Of a stretch of DNA of 64,000 bases, positions 10,250 to 20,038 are shown in pieces. This DNA comes from an uncultured bacterium. GTDB lineage: Bacteria; Vulcanimicrobiota; Xenobia; Xenobiales; Xenobiaceae. How positions within the stretch are numbered: the stretch's first letter is position 1; every line of letters begins with the position of its first letter. Below the pieces are notes generated by a model. The model was given only the letters and a program-made list of their open reading frames with translations. It was not told the DNA's origin and ran no database searches. Position numbers and translations under genes: made by a program. The stretch lies in NCBI GenBank assembly GCA_958366945.1, contig CATXCY010000001.1:118496-182495 (forward strand), given 5' to 3'.

Positions 10250-11185
10250 ATGGAAGACCAGGAAATTTTAAGTTATAAAGCTCTAGCCAAAATAAATTTA
10301 ACTTTAGAGCTATTGGACACTTTGCCTAACGGTTACCATCAGCTAGATACGATTTTTCAAAGCTTAGAGTTGGCCGACCAGCTTTTTTTAAGCAAAGCCC
10401 CAAAGACCAGTTTAAAAATAGTTGACAAAATAGGTTGCGGTTTTACTGTAAGTGCCGATCAAGACAATTTGGTATTAAAAGCTCATCGTGCCTTGCAAAC
10501 CCTTACCAGCCAAGAACTGCCATGCCGCTTTGTGTTACATAAAAATATACCAGCTGGCGGTGGTTTAGGAGGCGGTAGCGCTGATTGTGCGGCGGCTTTA
10601 AAAGGCTTAAACGCTCTTTACAATTTACAACTTTCCAATGAAATATTGCTGGAAGAAGCCGGCAAATTGGGCGCAGATGTAGCTTTTGGTCTGGTAGAAA
10701 ATACAGCCCGTGGCCTAGGCAAAGGAGAGCAACTTACTAAATTGCCCATTCCTGAACTTTTTAAAAATTGGGGAGTTCTTTTGCTTATTCCACCTTTTGG
10801 TTTAAGCACACCTGAAGTTTATAAAGCTTGGGATCAATTGCCTGAGGAGAAGCGCCGTCCAGCCAAAGGCAGTTCAGCCAATTTAACTGAACTTTTAAAA
10901 GTTCAACCTACCATTCATGCTCAAGATGCCAGCCTCTGGCAAGTAAAATTCCTTAACGAACTAAAAAACGATCTCTATCCCGCAGCTCAAGCTCTCAGAC
11001 CAGAGCTCACCTCTATAAGAGAAACTTTGCTCGCTTGGGGATGCCAAGCGGCCCAGCTCTGCGGCAGCGGCTCCACAGTATTTGCCATGCTCAACCCTAA
11101 AATTTATCAGCAAGTTCAGAATCAACCGGAACTGCTACACAATTTAGAGAAGTTGGGACGCATATATTTAACCCGCTTTATTTAG
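10250..11185 (+). CDS. ispE: 4-diphosphocytidyl-2-C-methyl-D-erythritol kinase.
   Basis: GHMP kinase motif PAGGGLGGGSADCAAAL. N-terminal KINLTLELL..GYHQLDTIFQSLELAD is typical of IspE. Confidence 0.85.
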   Translation: MEDQEILSYKALAKINLTLELLDTLPNGYHQLDTIFQSLELADQLFLSKAPKTSLKIVDKIGCGFTVSADQDNLVLKAHRALQTLTSQELPCRFVLHKNIPAGGGLGGGSADCAAALKGLNALYNLQLSNEILLEEAGKLGADVAFGLVENTARGLGKGEQLTKLPIPELFKNWGVLLLIPPFGLSTPEVYKAWDQLPEEKRRPAKGSSANLTELLKVQPTIHAQDASLWQVKFLNELKNDLYPAAQALRPELTSIRETLLAWGCQAAQLCGSGSTVFAMLNPKIYQQVQNQPELLHNLEKLGRIYLTRFI

Positions 11186-11197
11186 GATTTATACAAT

Positions 11198-12025
11198 ATG
11201 AGTAATAATTCGATAGTGCCCAGAAACTTGAACGAACCGGAAGACAAATTTGAGATGCCGGTTGACGCCGTCCTTTTGGCAGGAGGTCTTATCAAAGATC
11301 TGCCCGCTTCGGAGCCTAAAGTAGCAGGCAAAGGCCACATTATGATAGGCGATAAGCCTATGAGTGCCTACGCTTTAGCCGCCCTACGCCAATCAAAAAA
11401 AATTCGCCGCATAATCTTAGTTAGTCCCATGAAAAGAGAAGATTTAGGCCCCGAATGGGAAGGCGTTGACGAAGTAGTTCCGGCGGGTTCCAGCTTAACA
11501 GAATCTCTATTTTCCGGTCTCAAAACTTTGCCTTTAAGCAATGATCCAGTACTTTTAGTAGCCGGCGATTTACCTTTTCTAAGCGTGGAAGCCGTAGACG
11601 ATTTTCTAGACAGATGCGCTGCAGAACGGCACAACGTTTTATGGTACGGTTTTTTAGATAAAGCTGTCTCTCAAGCCAAATACCCTGAGGTACGCCATAC
11701 TTGGGTAAAAATGGTCGAAGGCACTTTCTGTGGCGGCGGCTTAACTTGCTTAAGAGGTAACATTGCCGAAGCTATCCGAGAAGCTATGGATACAGTCACC
11801 GCCGGACGCAAGAATCCCTTTAAACTGGCCGGAATTTTAGGTTTGAAAACGCTTTTTTATTTACTTATAGGCAGGCTGACCATTCCTATGGCTGAAAAAG
11901 CCGCCGCCAGACTATTAAAGCTCCCCTGTTGCGGTATAGTCAGCCCTTATGCCGAAACAGCTTACAATATCGACGATGCCGAGTCTTTGGAACAAGCTCG
12001 CCGTCGCCTGACTACTTCCCGTTAG
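11198..12025 (+). CDS. MobA-like NTP-transferase domain protein (putative nucleotidyltransferase).
   Basis: N-terminal AVLLAGGLIKDL...GKGHIMIGDKPM and LVAGDLPFLS resemble the MobA/IspD-type nucleotidyltransferase fold. The exact substrate is unknown. Confidence 0.5.
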   Translation: MSNNSIVPRNLNEPEDKFEMPVDAVLLAGGLIKDLPASEPKVAGKGHIMIGDKPMSAYALAALRQSKKIRRIILVSPMKREDLGPEWEGVDEVVPAGSSLTESLFSGLKTLPLSNDPVLLVAGDLPFLSVEAVDDFLDRCAAERHNVLWYGFLDKAVSQAKYPEVRHTWVKMVEGTFCGGGLTCLRGNIAEAIREAMDTVTAGRKNPFKLAGILGLKTLFYLLIGRLTIPMAEKAAARLLKLPCCGIVSPYAETAYNIDDAESLEQARRRLTTSR

Positions 12026-13883
12026 CCGCCTCGGTGCGCAAGCAAAACTCCTCAATTTTGCTAAACTTAGCCTTTTCGTCCAAAGCTTCTTGGGCACGTT
12101 TCCATTTATTAAGCATAAATTTATGCCAAAATGGACGTGCCTTTTTTTCTTGCCAATCTACATTATATTGTTCAGCCGCTTGCTCTAATTCATGCTGTGC
12201 TTGGTAACGATATTGCCAAAGATTGGCTTCGGAAGCATATATTTTTTCTTCGCTATTTGTATAGCGAAAGAGCAATCCTTGACGTACGACATAATGAAAA
12301 GGCACATGTTCTAATCCACACTGTCCAGCCGTTTGCTCATCGTCAAAATAAACTGGACGCCCTTCGCGCCAAGCTAAATCTAAAACAGCCGCTAGTCCTT
12401 TCTCTTTTAAAGTTTGCGCATAAACAAGCGGCAGCGAATCAATAAACCATTGCGAATGGCAAACTCCTACAGGAATAATTATAAAATCACGCTTCAATAT
12501 CGCTTTGGCATAAATTAAACCACCACAAATTGCGTCATTTTGAGCGGCAACAATAGCCTTATCGGGTATGGAAGCAGCCATATAAAGTATAGTATTATTG
12601 ACTAAGTATTGCCCACGTTCGGAAGCGCCATCCCAGTTAGAAGCTAAGGGCCAAATAAAAGTAGTTACTAAAACCGCAAAGACGAACCATTGCTTTAATT
12701 TGCTACTTTGCTCAGCCGCCAAATTGGCTAAAGTTGCCGCTCCGAAGCCAGCAAAAGCTCCAAAAGCTAAATATGAAGAGCAGAAGAAGCGCTCCATCAT
12801 TTCTTGATAGCCTTCAGCATCGGGCTGAGCAGCATATACAGCCCAAATCGGACCGGCTAAAACTAAAAGACAAATCCAAAGCCAAAATTCTGTTCGCTGC
12901 TTCCTCCAAGCCACAACTATTCCCCACAGGCCCAAACCAGCAGCTAAAAGCTTAAATTGTTTAAAAAACAAAGATAGCAACCAATATGCTAATGAGGCCG
13001 CCCCGGAAGCACCGTTCCCTTTGGTGCTCAGTTGCAAACTACCGTAGCCGCTGCGCATTACTACCCAGAAAAAATTCTTCCAGGTAGAGGGATTGCCCCA
13101 GTTGAAAGCCACAAAAGGCTCGGTATGAGCAGCTAAAAACTGAGCCCTAACTATAAGCCAAAGGTAAGGTAGCAATCCCAACGTAAAACACAAGCAAGCA
13201 ATGCCTATAACAGCGCAGCGGCTTGAGCCAACGCCTTTTTCGGCTTTCGGCTTAGGTGCCTTTCTTGCATAGGCCATCGAATTGCAGCTTTGACTGCTTA
13301 AATATAAAAATACAGCCAATCCCGGCAAAAAAAGCGCCGTCGTATGATGATGGCTGAAAGAAAGTCCCAAAACGAAACTCAATACCCACAACGTGTAGGG
13401 GCGCCAGACCGATATTTTTTTATAAACTACGGCCAAAGCTGCCAACAAGCCAATAAAGAATAAATGTAAAGAAAAAACTTCAGCTCCAACAGCCATGCGC
13501 CAAGGGCTTAAAGCGAAAGCGAAACAAAAAGCGCCGACCAAAGCTCCCCAAGCAGAATTAAGCGTTAAAGACAAGCCGAAAGCCAAACAAGCGCAAGCAG
13601 CAGCTGAGCACAAAGCCGAAAAAGCATTCATAGTAAGGGCCGGGGCGGCCAACTTCAACGAGCAAAGCAACCAACCCAACATAGTGTAAAGCGGATAGCC
13701 GGGCGGATGAGCGATACCGCCGACAGCACAAGCGCTTATTAATTCCGCACTGTCAAAGCCAGGCGGAATAGCTGGAGCCAAGGTCACACAATAAACAATT
13801 AAACTTATAATGAAGGCTAAGGCGGCAATTTTACAAGCAGATTTTAAGCAAAGCCAATTCGTCTCAGAAAGCAGACATTTCAT
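12012..13883 (-). CDS. DUF2723 (TMEM260-like, protein O-mannosyltransferase-like) polytopic membrane protein.
   Basis: 623 aa. Signature GGIAHPPGYPLYTMLGWL near the N-terminus, more than 10 TM helices, C-terminal soluble domain. Overlaps the convergent 11198-12025 gene by 14 nt. Confidence 0.65.
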   Translation of the reverse strand: MKCLLSETNWLCLKSACKIAALAFIISLIVYCVTLAPAIPPGFDSAELISACAVGGIAHPPGYPLYTMLGWLLCSLKLAAPALTMNAFSALCSAAACACLAFGLSLTLNSAWGALVGAFCFAFALSPWRMAVGAEVFSLHLFFIGLLAALAVVYKKISVWRPYTLWVLSFVLGLSFSHHHTTALFLPGLAVFLYLSSQSCNSMAYARKAPKPKAEKGVGSSRCAVIGIACLCFTLGLLPYLWLIVRAQFLAAHTEPFVAFNWGNPSTWKNFFWVVMRSGYGSLQLSTKGNGASGAASLAYWLLSLFFKQFKLLAAGLGLWGIVVAWRKQRTEFWLWICLLVLAGPIWAVYAAQPDAEGYQEMMERFFCSSYLAFGAFAGFGAATLANLAAEQSSKLKQWFVFAVLVTTFIWPLASNWDGASERGQYLVNNTILYMAASIPDKAIVAAQNDAICGGLIYAKAILKRDFIIIPVGVCHSQWFIDSLPLVYAQTLKEKGLAAVLDLAWREGRPVYFDDEQTAGQCGLEHVPFHYVVRQGLLFRYTNSEEKIYASEANLWQYRYQAQHELEQAAEQYNVDWQEKKARPFWHKFMLNKWKRAQEALDEKAKFSKIEEFCLRTEAANGK

Positions 13884-14060
13884 AGAAAGTTCTCAACATA
13901 GTGAAAAATTGCCGCCATTTTTCTACAATTTGGCTCCGGCTTCCCCCGAGCAGCACTTTTCTTCCCTCGGCTTCTAGCGACAACCTTAAAAGGTATACCT
14001 TGCCAATTATGGAAAATCAGCGACCAAGTATATACACTTAAGGAGAAAAACATTTAGCTA

Positions 14061-14456
14061 ATGAGCGCGATAAAACATGAAGTTATTGCTACCGAAAAAG
14101 CTCCTCAAGCTATCGGCCCCTATTCTCAAGCTGTGCGCTTAGGCTCTTTGATCTTTTGCTCAGGGCAGATTCCTTTGCATCCTGAAAATGGAAGCGTCGT
14201 GGGCCATACAACAGCCGAACAAACTGAACAAGTTCTTAAAAATTTACAAAAAGTTTTAGAAGCAGCTGGCAGCAACCTAAATTGTGTGCTGAAGACGACT
14301 TGCTTTTTAAGCGATATGGCTGATTTTGCAGAATTTAACCAAGTTTATGCAAGTTTCTTCACAGAGAATGCTCCAGCTCGTTCCGCTATTCAGGCTGCCG
14401 CTCTGCCCAAGGGAGTAAGAGTAGAAATCGAAGCCATAGCCTACTGCGCTGAATAG
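14061..14456 (+). CDS. ridA: RidA/YjgF family reactive-intermediate deaminase.
   Basis: 131 aa with the typical RidA motifs (GPYSQAV...FCSGQIP...ARSAIQAAALPKGVRVEIEAIA). Confidence 0.85.
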   Translation: MSAIKHEVIATEKAPQAIGPYSQAVRLGSLIFCSGQIPLHPENGSVVGHTTAEQTEQVLKNLQKVLEAAGSNLNCVLKTTCFLSDMADFAEFNQVYASFFTENAPARSAIQAAALPKGVRVEIEAIAYCAE

Positions 14457-14559
14457 CTCAGACCGTATGTCCCTTTAGCAACTCGACTTCTATTTGCAAT
14501 AAAATTAGTATTCTTTTAAGAAGGATAAAAGCCGAGCTAAAAGAAAAGCTTACGGAATT

Positions 14560-14588
14560 TTGAAAATTCACTGAATTTGTGTAATAAT
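14560..14588 (+). promoter_or_regulatory. Sigma70-like promoter: TTGAAA, 16-nt spacer, TAATAAT.
   Basis: Sits upstream of a ~85-nt leader containing an imperfect inverted repeat (GCGCCCACCG...CGGTGTTGGCGC) that precedes the 77-aa ORF and the EF-G paralog. Confidence 0.35.
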
Positions 14589-14677
14589 ATCGTCTCATTG
14601 TAAGTTTCTGCGCCCACCGACTTTCTAGGCATGAAGTTGCGGTGTTGGCGCCTATAATACGGAGGTATTAATTTAAA

Positions 14678-14911
14678 ATGTCTGTTGCTAAGCCGAAAAA
14701 GAACGCCCCAGCTAAATGCCGCAAATCCTGCGCTCCTATCGAAGGTCAGGATTGGGTCCGCATTGGCGGCGCCAGATGGCTCAGAGAAGTTGCCGTTAAA
14801 GAAGGCAAGTATATCCCCATTGAGTACCGTGAAGGTTATCAGCCCAAAAACAAACCCGCAGAAGCCGCTGTAGAGACTGCTGCCGAAGAAACCCCTGCTA
14901 CAGCAGAATAA
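14678..14911 (+). CDS. Small basic/acidic bipartite protein of unknown function, upstream of the EF-G paralog.
   Basis: 77 aa. Strong GGAGG Shine-Dalgarno 8 nt upstream of the ATG. Cys pair (CRKSC) and an acidic C-terminal tail. Confidence 0.4.
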   Translation: MSVAKPKKNAPAKCRKSCAPIEGQDWVRIGGARWLREVAVKEGKYIPIEYREGYQPKNKPAEAAVETAAEETPATAE

Positions 14912-14945
14912 TTATTAAAACCCGCCCGGTACGGAGGGACCGCTA

Positions 14946-17018
14946 GTGAACATTTATTCCACAGAAAAGATTCGCAATATTGGCTTGTTCGGCCACCAGG
15001 GAGCCGGCAAAACTTCTTTAGCCGAAGCTTTGCTTTATTGCTCCGGCGTTATTGACAGACTCGGCAAAGTCGAAAACGGCAACACCGTCGCCGACTTTGA
15101 TCCCGACGAAATCAAGCGCGCTATGAGTGTATTTTCCGCCGTAGTTCCTATCGAGTGGAAAGAAAATAAAGTAAACATCATCGATACCCCAGGATTCTTT
15201 GACTTTGTGTCCGAGAGCCTCGGCGCCCTCAGAGTTGTCGACTGCGCTATTTTGGTAGCTGCTGCCAACTCCGGCACCGAAGTAGGTATGGAAAAAATTT
15301 GGGATTCTTGCGAAGCTCGTTCCAAAGCCCGCATCATGTTCGTCAACAAGATGGACAAAGAGAATGCCAACTTCCATCACTTAATGGATGAAGCCAAAGA
15401 GAAGCTCAAAGGCGCTCGCGTAGTACCTATCCAGCTTCCTATCGGCGCTGCCGAGAGTTTCAGCGGTGTAGTAGACTTGATCGATCAGAAAGCCTACTCT
15501 TTTGACGCCAAAGGCGTACCCACCGAAATTGAAATTCCTGCCGACATGGCTGACGAAGTAGAAGAGCATCGTGAACAGCTCGTAGAGGCCGCTGCTGAAG
15601 CTACCGACGAGCTCACCGAAAAATTCTTCGAGGCCATGGAACTCTCTACCGAAGAGATTAAAGCCGGTCTCAAGATCTTAATTGCTAACGGTTCTGTAGT
15701 TCCCGCTCTGTGCGGTTCTTCCGTAACTCTCAAAGGCATTAGCTTATTGGCCGACGCCGTTGTCAATTACGCTCCCGCTCCCACTGCCGTTTCTGTGGCT
15801 AAAGATGCCGATGGTAACGAAGTAGAAATTGCTGCCGATTCCAAGGCTCCCGCCGTAGCTCTTATTTTCAAAACCAGCTCCGACCCCTACGTAGGCAAGA
15901 TTTCCTATATGCGCGTCTTCGCTGGAACTTTACGTCCCGATACCACTTTGCACAACTTAGCTCACGGTATCGACGAAAAGATCGGCAACTTGCTCTCCAT
16001 TCGTGGTAAGAGCCAAGAGAAGATTTCCGAAGCTCCCGCTGGTGACATCGTGGCCGTAGGTCGTTTAGGCGCTTCCGCTACCGGCGACACCCTTTGCGAT
16101 GCTTCTCGCAAAGTCACTCTCCCCGGATTAGATTTGCCTCGTCCTTTCTTCTCCAGAGCCATCAGAGCCAAGTCCAAGGCTGACGAAGATAAGCTTTCCG
16201 CCAACTTGCAGCGCTTGCTCCAAGAAGATCCTACCCTCGAACTCGAGCGCGTGGAAGAAACTCACCAGAGCATTCTCACCGGTATTGGTGACGTACAGCT
16301 CGACCTTTGTGTAGAGCGCCTCAAGAGAATGGGTGTGGACGTAGAACTTTACGCCCGCAAGATTCCTTATCGCGAGACCCTTAAAGGTAAGGTTTCCGAA
16401 GAATACCGCCACAAGAAGCAAGCTGGTGGTCGTGGTCAGTTCGGTCAGGTAGCCATCGAAATTAGCGGTCTTCCTTCCGGCAGCGGTTTCGTCTTTGAAG
16501 ACAACATCGTCGGCGGCGTAGTTTCCAAGAACTATATCCCCGCTGTTGAAAAAGGCGTACGCAAAGCTATGGAAAGCGGTATTTTGGCTGGCAACCCCGT
16601 GGTTGACGTAAAAGTTCGTCTCTACGATGGTAAGATGCACGAAGTAGACTCTTCTGATATGGCTTTCCAAATTGCCGGTATGCAAGCTTTCAAGAACGGC
16701 GCTCCCAAAGCTAAGCCCGTCATCTTAGAGCCTATCGTCAACGTTGAAGTTACTGTTCCCGACTCCTACATGGGCGACGTAATCGGCGATCTCAACTCCA
16801 AGCGCGGTCGTATCAGCGGTATGGATCCCATTGGTAACGGCTTGCAATGCATTAAGGCCCAGGTTCCTCTGGCCGAAATGCAGCGCTATGCTATCGACTT
16901 ACGCAGTATCACCCAGGGTCGTGGCTCCTTCATTATGGAATTTGACCACTACGAAGAGACCCCGCCTATGGTAGCCGAGCAAGTAATTGCCGAAGCTAAG
17001 GCTGCTGCCGAGAAGTAG
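14946..17018 (+). CDS. Elongation factor G family GTPase paralog (EF-G2-like) with a non-canonical G1 motif.
   Basis: 690 aa. GTG start with GGAGGGA Shine-Dalgarno. G1 reads GHQGAGKTSL instead of AHIDAGKTT. DTPG, NKMD and the EF-G domain II-V architecture are present (EFG_IV/EFG_C-like C-terminus). Confidence 0.8.
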   Translation: MNIYSTEKIRNIGLFGHQGAGKTSLAEALLYCSGVIDRLGKVENGNTVADFDPDEIKRAMSVFSAVVPIEWKENKVNIIDTPGFFDFVSESLGALRVVDCAILVAAANSGTEVGMEKIWDSCEARSKARIMFVNKMDKENANFHHLMDEAKEKLKGARVVPIQLPIGAAESFSGVVDLIDQKAYSFDAKGVPTEIEIPADMADEVEEHREQLVEAAAEATDELTEKFFEAMELSTEEIKAGLKILIANGSVVPALCGSSVTLKGISLLADAVVNYAPAPTAVSVAKDADGNEVEIAADSKAPAVALIFKTSSDPYVGKISYMRVFAGTLRPDTTLHNLAHGIDEKIGNLLSIRGKSQEKISEAPAGDIVAVGRLGASATGDTLCDASRKVTLPGLDLPRPFFSRAIRAKSKADEDKLSANLQRLLQEDPTLELERVEETHQSILTGIGDVQLDLCVERLKRMGVDVELYARKIPYRETLKGKVSEEYRHKKQAGGRGQFGQVAIEISGLPSGSGFVFEDNIVGGVVSKNYIPAVEKGVRKAMESGILAGNPVVDVKVRLYDGKMHEVDSSDMAFQIAGMQAFKNGAPKAKPVILEPIVNVEVTVPDSYMGDVIGDLNSKRGRISGMDPIGNGLQCIKAQVPLAEMQRYAIDLRSITQGRGSFIMEFDHYEETPPMVAEQVIAEAKAAAEK

Positions 17019-17120
17019 TTTTGCAATAAATAAAACAAATGAGGTTTTTCCTTTTCCTATAAGATTGGGAAGATCCTCATTTGTTGAGGTGAGACTATTT
17101 TTTGCTTTTCTAGCAAATAC

Positions 17121-17170
17121 AGCCCGACCGCTTAGGTATTTCTGAGCTCAGGTCGGGCTCGTTTTGTTTT
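17121..17170 (+). terminator. Rho-independent terminator.
   Basis: Stem AGCCCGACC...GGTCGGGCT followed by CGTTTTGTTTT. Confidence 0.5.
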
Positions 17171-17319
17171 AGTACTGTTTTTTCAGTTTATATTTATTTC
17201 TGTTTTTTACTCGAGACGCGGTAAGATCCGCCCTTTTTAACACGAAGGTTCCCTGGCAATTTAGCTTGCCAGAAAGCTTAAAATATAAAATTTTAGCAGT
17301 ATACATTGCCAGGAGGTAA

Positions 17320-18912
17320 ATGGTGAGGCACGGATTAGGCATTGCCATCTTTTCAGTTCTATCAGCGGTATCTCTCTCAGTAATCGGTTGCGGAGGCACG
17401 GGCAGCGGTATGGGCGTATTGGATCCCTTCCCTACCGGTACTCACTCAACTCCCACAGGAACTTCCACTCCAGTTCCTCCAACTCCCGACGATCCTAACG
17501 ATAAAGCCTACGATCTCGTCAATACCAGCGATCTTCGCAATCCAGTTTACCAATACGTAGACGATAGCAATTATGTTTACACTGTCCAGGGCTTCACTGT
17601 CGGCGGCGCCGGCATGAGCGATCAGCAGTGCAAATACAGGCTTTTGAAATATAGCACTACCGACAAAGAGGCCGAGCCTCAAGAAGTTACTATCGAAATT
17701 CGTAACGGTAATGGCTATAGCAAAGGCGACTTAGCTAACCCATACTATATCACTGGTATTATTGACAGCATGGGCACTGCAGATGACAAAGCAGACGACC
17801 ATCTCTATTTAGCCGTTACCGATTTGGGTACTACCAAAGCTGTCTATTTGATGGATCTTGGTGCTCGCAAAGGAGGCTGGAACAAGGCTAGAGCCGTCAA
17901 CATATTTGATTGCGGAACCAATTTAGCGGCGACTTGCCCTCTGACTTGCTCATTTGGCAGCAGCAGTTTCAATCGCGGAGAGGATGCCATTAACACTCTG
18001 TTCTATACCGATTATAAAGAGAATGGCTCAGTTAAATTTGTCGCTTTTGATGAAAAGATCTTCGATAATGGTAGACTAGCAGATCTGAGTGGCAACCTTA
18101 CCAATTGCGGTAATGTATTTGCCTTGCCCTTAAACTACCCAGCCGTAGTAAAAGCTAGCGAAGGACCTTGGGCAACCGTAACTTGCCAGGGAGACAGCAA
18201 AATTTACTTCTTCGCCAACAATAATAGCTTGACAGCTTTTAGAGGCGATAGTAAATACCCGTTGGCTGACACCGCCAAAAAATACGTAAACTACATTCAG
18301 CCTGAAGACAAAAACATTGATTTGCAAAATCCCTACGATTTTGCCTGGACTTCCGGCGTAACTGACAACGATGGAGAGGACAACCAGTACCTTACCATTG
18401 CTAGCGGTTTTGCTTTGGATAAATATGGCAAAGCCAGTTCCACTTACGACAAGGGCGCTCTCTGGATCTATAAATTTGATAGTAAGTATGCCGATAGTTT
18501 GCAAAACTTGCGTAATAACGACGGCGAATACACTCTTATCCTTAACAAATTGCAATATCCCATCAATGTAGCCTTTACTAATCCTTTGGATCAAAGCGAC
18601 AAACGTTACTTAGATATTGCCTATTTGACTACCGGAACCAGCACAAATTACAACGTCAAAGATTTGCAAGGTACGCTTAGCTTCTGCCGCTACGATGCTA
18701 AGAGCAAAAAGATCGTCAACAAGTCTGATGTTGATCTCTTAGAAAAGATCGTCGATCCTTTCGGCTTGGTAGCTCTTCCCGGCGCCTTAAAGGAAGGATC
18801 TTATCCCGTTCAGTTCCTGTTTACCACCCACTGGAACTGGGGCAGCGTCTTTACTGAAAAGAGTCACATCTACTCTTACAGCAAAGATATTGATTTAGAA
18901 GCAGGCAATTAA
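17320..18912 (+). CDS. Putative lipoprotein of unknown function.
   Basis: Signal peptide with lipobox-like Cys (LSVIGCGG), then a Thr/Pro-rich linker, then a 480-aa domain. AGGAGG Shine-Dalgarno. Confidence 0.5.
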   Translation: MVRHGLGIAIFSVLSAVSLSVIGCGGTGSGMGVLDPFPTGTHSTPTGTSTPVPPTPDDPNDKAYDLVNTSDLRNPVYQYVDDSNYVYTVQGFTVGGAGMSDQQCKYRLLKYSTTDKEAEPQEVTIEIRNGNGYSKGDLANPYYITGIIDSMGTADDKADDHLYLAVTDLGTTKAVYLMDLGARKGGWNKARAVNIFDCGTNLAATCPLTCSFGSSSFNRGEDAINTLFYTDYKENGSVKFVAFDEKIFDNGRLADLSGNLTNCGNVFALPLNYPAVVKASEGPWATVTCQGDSKIYFFANNNSLTAFRGDSKYPLADTAKKYVNYIQPEDKNIDLQNPYDFAWTSGVTDNDGEDNQYLTIASGFALDKYGKASSTYDKGALWIYKFDSKYADSLQNLRNNDGEYTLILNKLQYPINVAFTNPLDQSDKRYLDIAYLTTGTSTNYNVKDLQGTLSFCRYDAKSKKIVNKSDVDLLEKIVDPFGLVALPGALKEGSYPVQFLFTTHWNWGSVFTEKSHIYSYSKDIDLEAGN

Positions 18913-18946
18913 GCCATCTAAAGCTTCAGATCATTTCTGATGTTCG

Positions 18947-18992
18947 AGAGCGCTCGTCCTTCAGTAAGAAGAGATGAGCGCTCTTGCTTTGT
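18947..18992 (+). terminator. Possible terminator hairpin (9-bp stem AGAGCGCTC).
   Basis: Inverted repeat downstream of the 17320-18912 stop. The following T-run is weak. Confidence 0.3.
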
Positions 18993-19223
18993 ACCGATTT
19001 TAAGATTTAATTAAGCAAAAAGGGAGAATTGGCCCTTTGCAAAACTTAGTATTAGCCCTAGATTATTAAATTTTTAGTGGGATAATACGTAAATTAGTAT
19101 AATCTTATATTGTAGCGTTTTTGCCCTAGGCTAAAATAAAAATTTTTAGCTTGATGGTTCCCCTCGAAAACGCGATTCAGGTAGATGCAAGATGCGGCGT
19201 GATGCTGCCTAAGAGAGAGAGCT

Positions 19224-19919
19224 ATGGTAAAATTTGTTAAAATCATAATAGTTTTTGCAGTGTTGCTATGGATTGTCAACATGTTCTTCGGTTCAGATAC
19301 GAACACTATTTCTTTTGTTGGCAAAAGGGATGTAACGGCCCTCTTCTCTAAAGACTTAGCTCAAAAAGTAAAGCAAGGCCACCTCGTTATCGTAGATAAA
19401 GACGAAAGTGACAAATACATTCAAGAAGATTTGGCCACTCACGACTTGGTAAAAGCTATGACTTTCGCTCGCTATAAGAGCGAAGTTTTGGAGCAGCCCC
19501 TTTACATAGAGAATGAGAAGACCTTCGGCAACAGCGCGGTAGTAGCCAAAGTAGATCCTTCAGATCGCCAAGCTTGGCAGCATTTAGTGCTCTTGGAGAT
19601 CGATCTTAAAGCTGCCTACGAAAAGCGCAACCCCAAAGACTTAGACGGCTACATGAGCGAAAAAGCTCTCGACGTCAAACGCGTTCCCCAAACTATGCAA
19701 GAGTTTATTGCTAAATACCCCAACTCTTTCGTAGTGACTACAGCTTTGGCCCATATTGAGTACAGCCTTTGCAACGCTCAAAATAAGGCCGCACAAGCTA
19801 TTCAAATTTATGACAAACTGGCTGCTAAATATCCTAACAGCGAAGTTCTGAAAGAGTACTTGCCTCAGTACAAAGAGAGAGCTTCTGCCAAACTTTCCAG
19901 TAAAGTAGCTATGTTCTAA
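19224..19919 (+). CDS. Membrane-anchored hypothetical protein.
   Basis: 231 aa with an N-terminal TM (IIIVFAVLLWIVNMFF) followed by a soluble domain. Confidence 0.45.
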   Translation: MVKFVKIIIVFAVLLWIVNMFFGSDTNTISFVGKRDVTALFSKDLAQKVKQGHLVIVDKDESDKYIQEDLATHDLVKAMTFARYKSEVLEQPLYIENEKTFGNSAVVAKVDPSDRQAWQHLVLLEIDLKAAYEKRNPKDLDGYMSEKALDVKRVPQTMQEFIAKYPNSFVVTTALAHIEYSLCNAQNKAAQAIQIYDKLAAKYPNSEVLKEYLPQYKERASAKLSSKVAMF

Positions 19920-19940
19920 TCAGTACATAAAACTTATCAA

Positions 19941-19980
19941 TAAAAAAATGACCATCTGGAAGAGATGGTCATTTTTTTAT
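19941..19980. terminator. Bidirectional rho-independent terminator between convergent genes.
   Basis: AAAAAAATGACCATCT-loop-AGATGGTCATTTTTTT. Confidence 0.6.
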
Positions 19981-20038
19981 TGATAATTAGAAACGATTCC
20001 GATAATTCCAAAAGTTACCGAAAGCGATTTCTAAGAAG

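Noticed and set aside
15018-16685. Several 60-185-aa ORFs on the minus strand inside the EF-G paralog gene (15018-15380, 15035-15370, 15381-15569, 15494-15766, 15962-16204, 16128-16685).
   Set aside because: They lie antisense within a strongly supported, motif-rich CDS. They have no SD, no start context and no recognisable domains. They are typical shadow ORFs of a GC-biased coding region.
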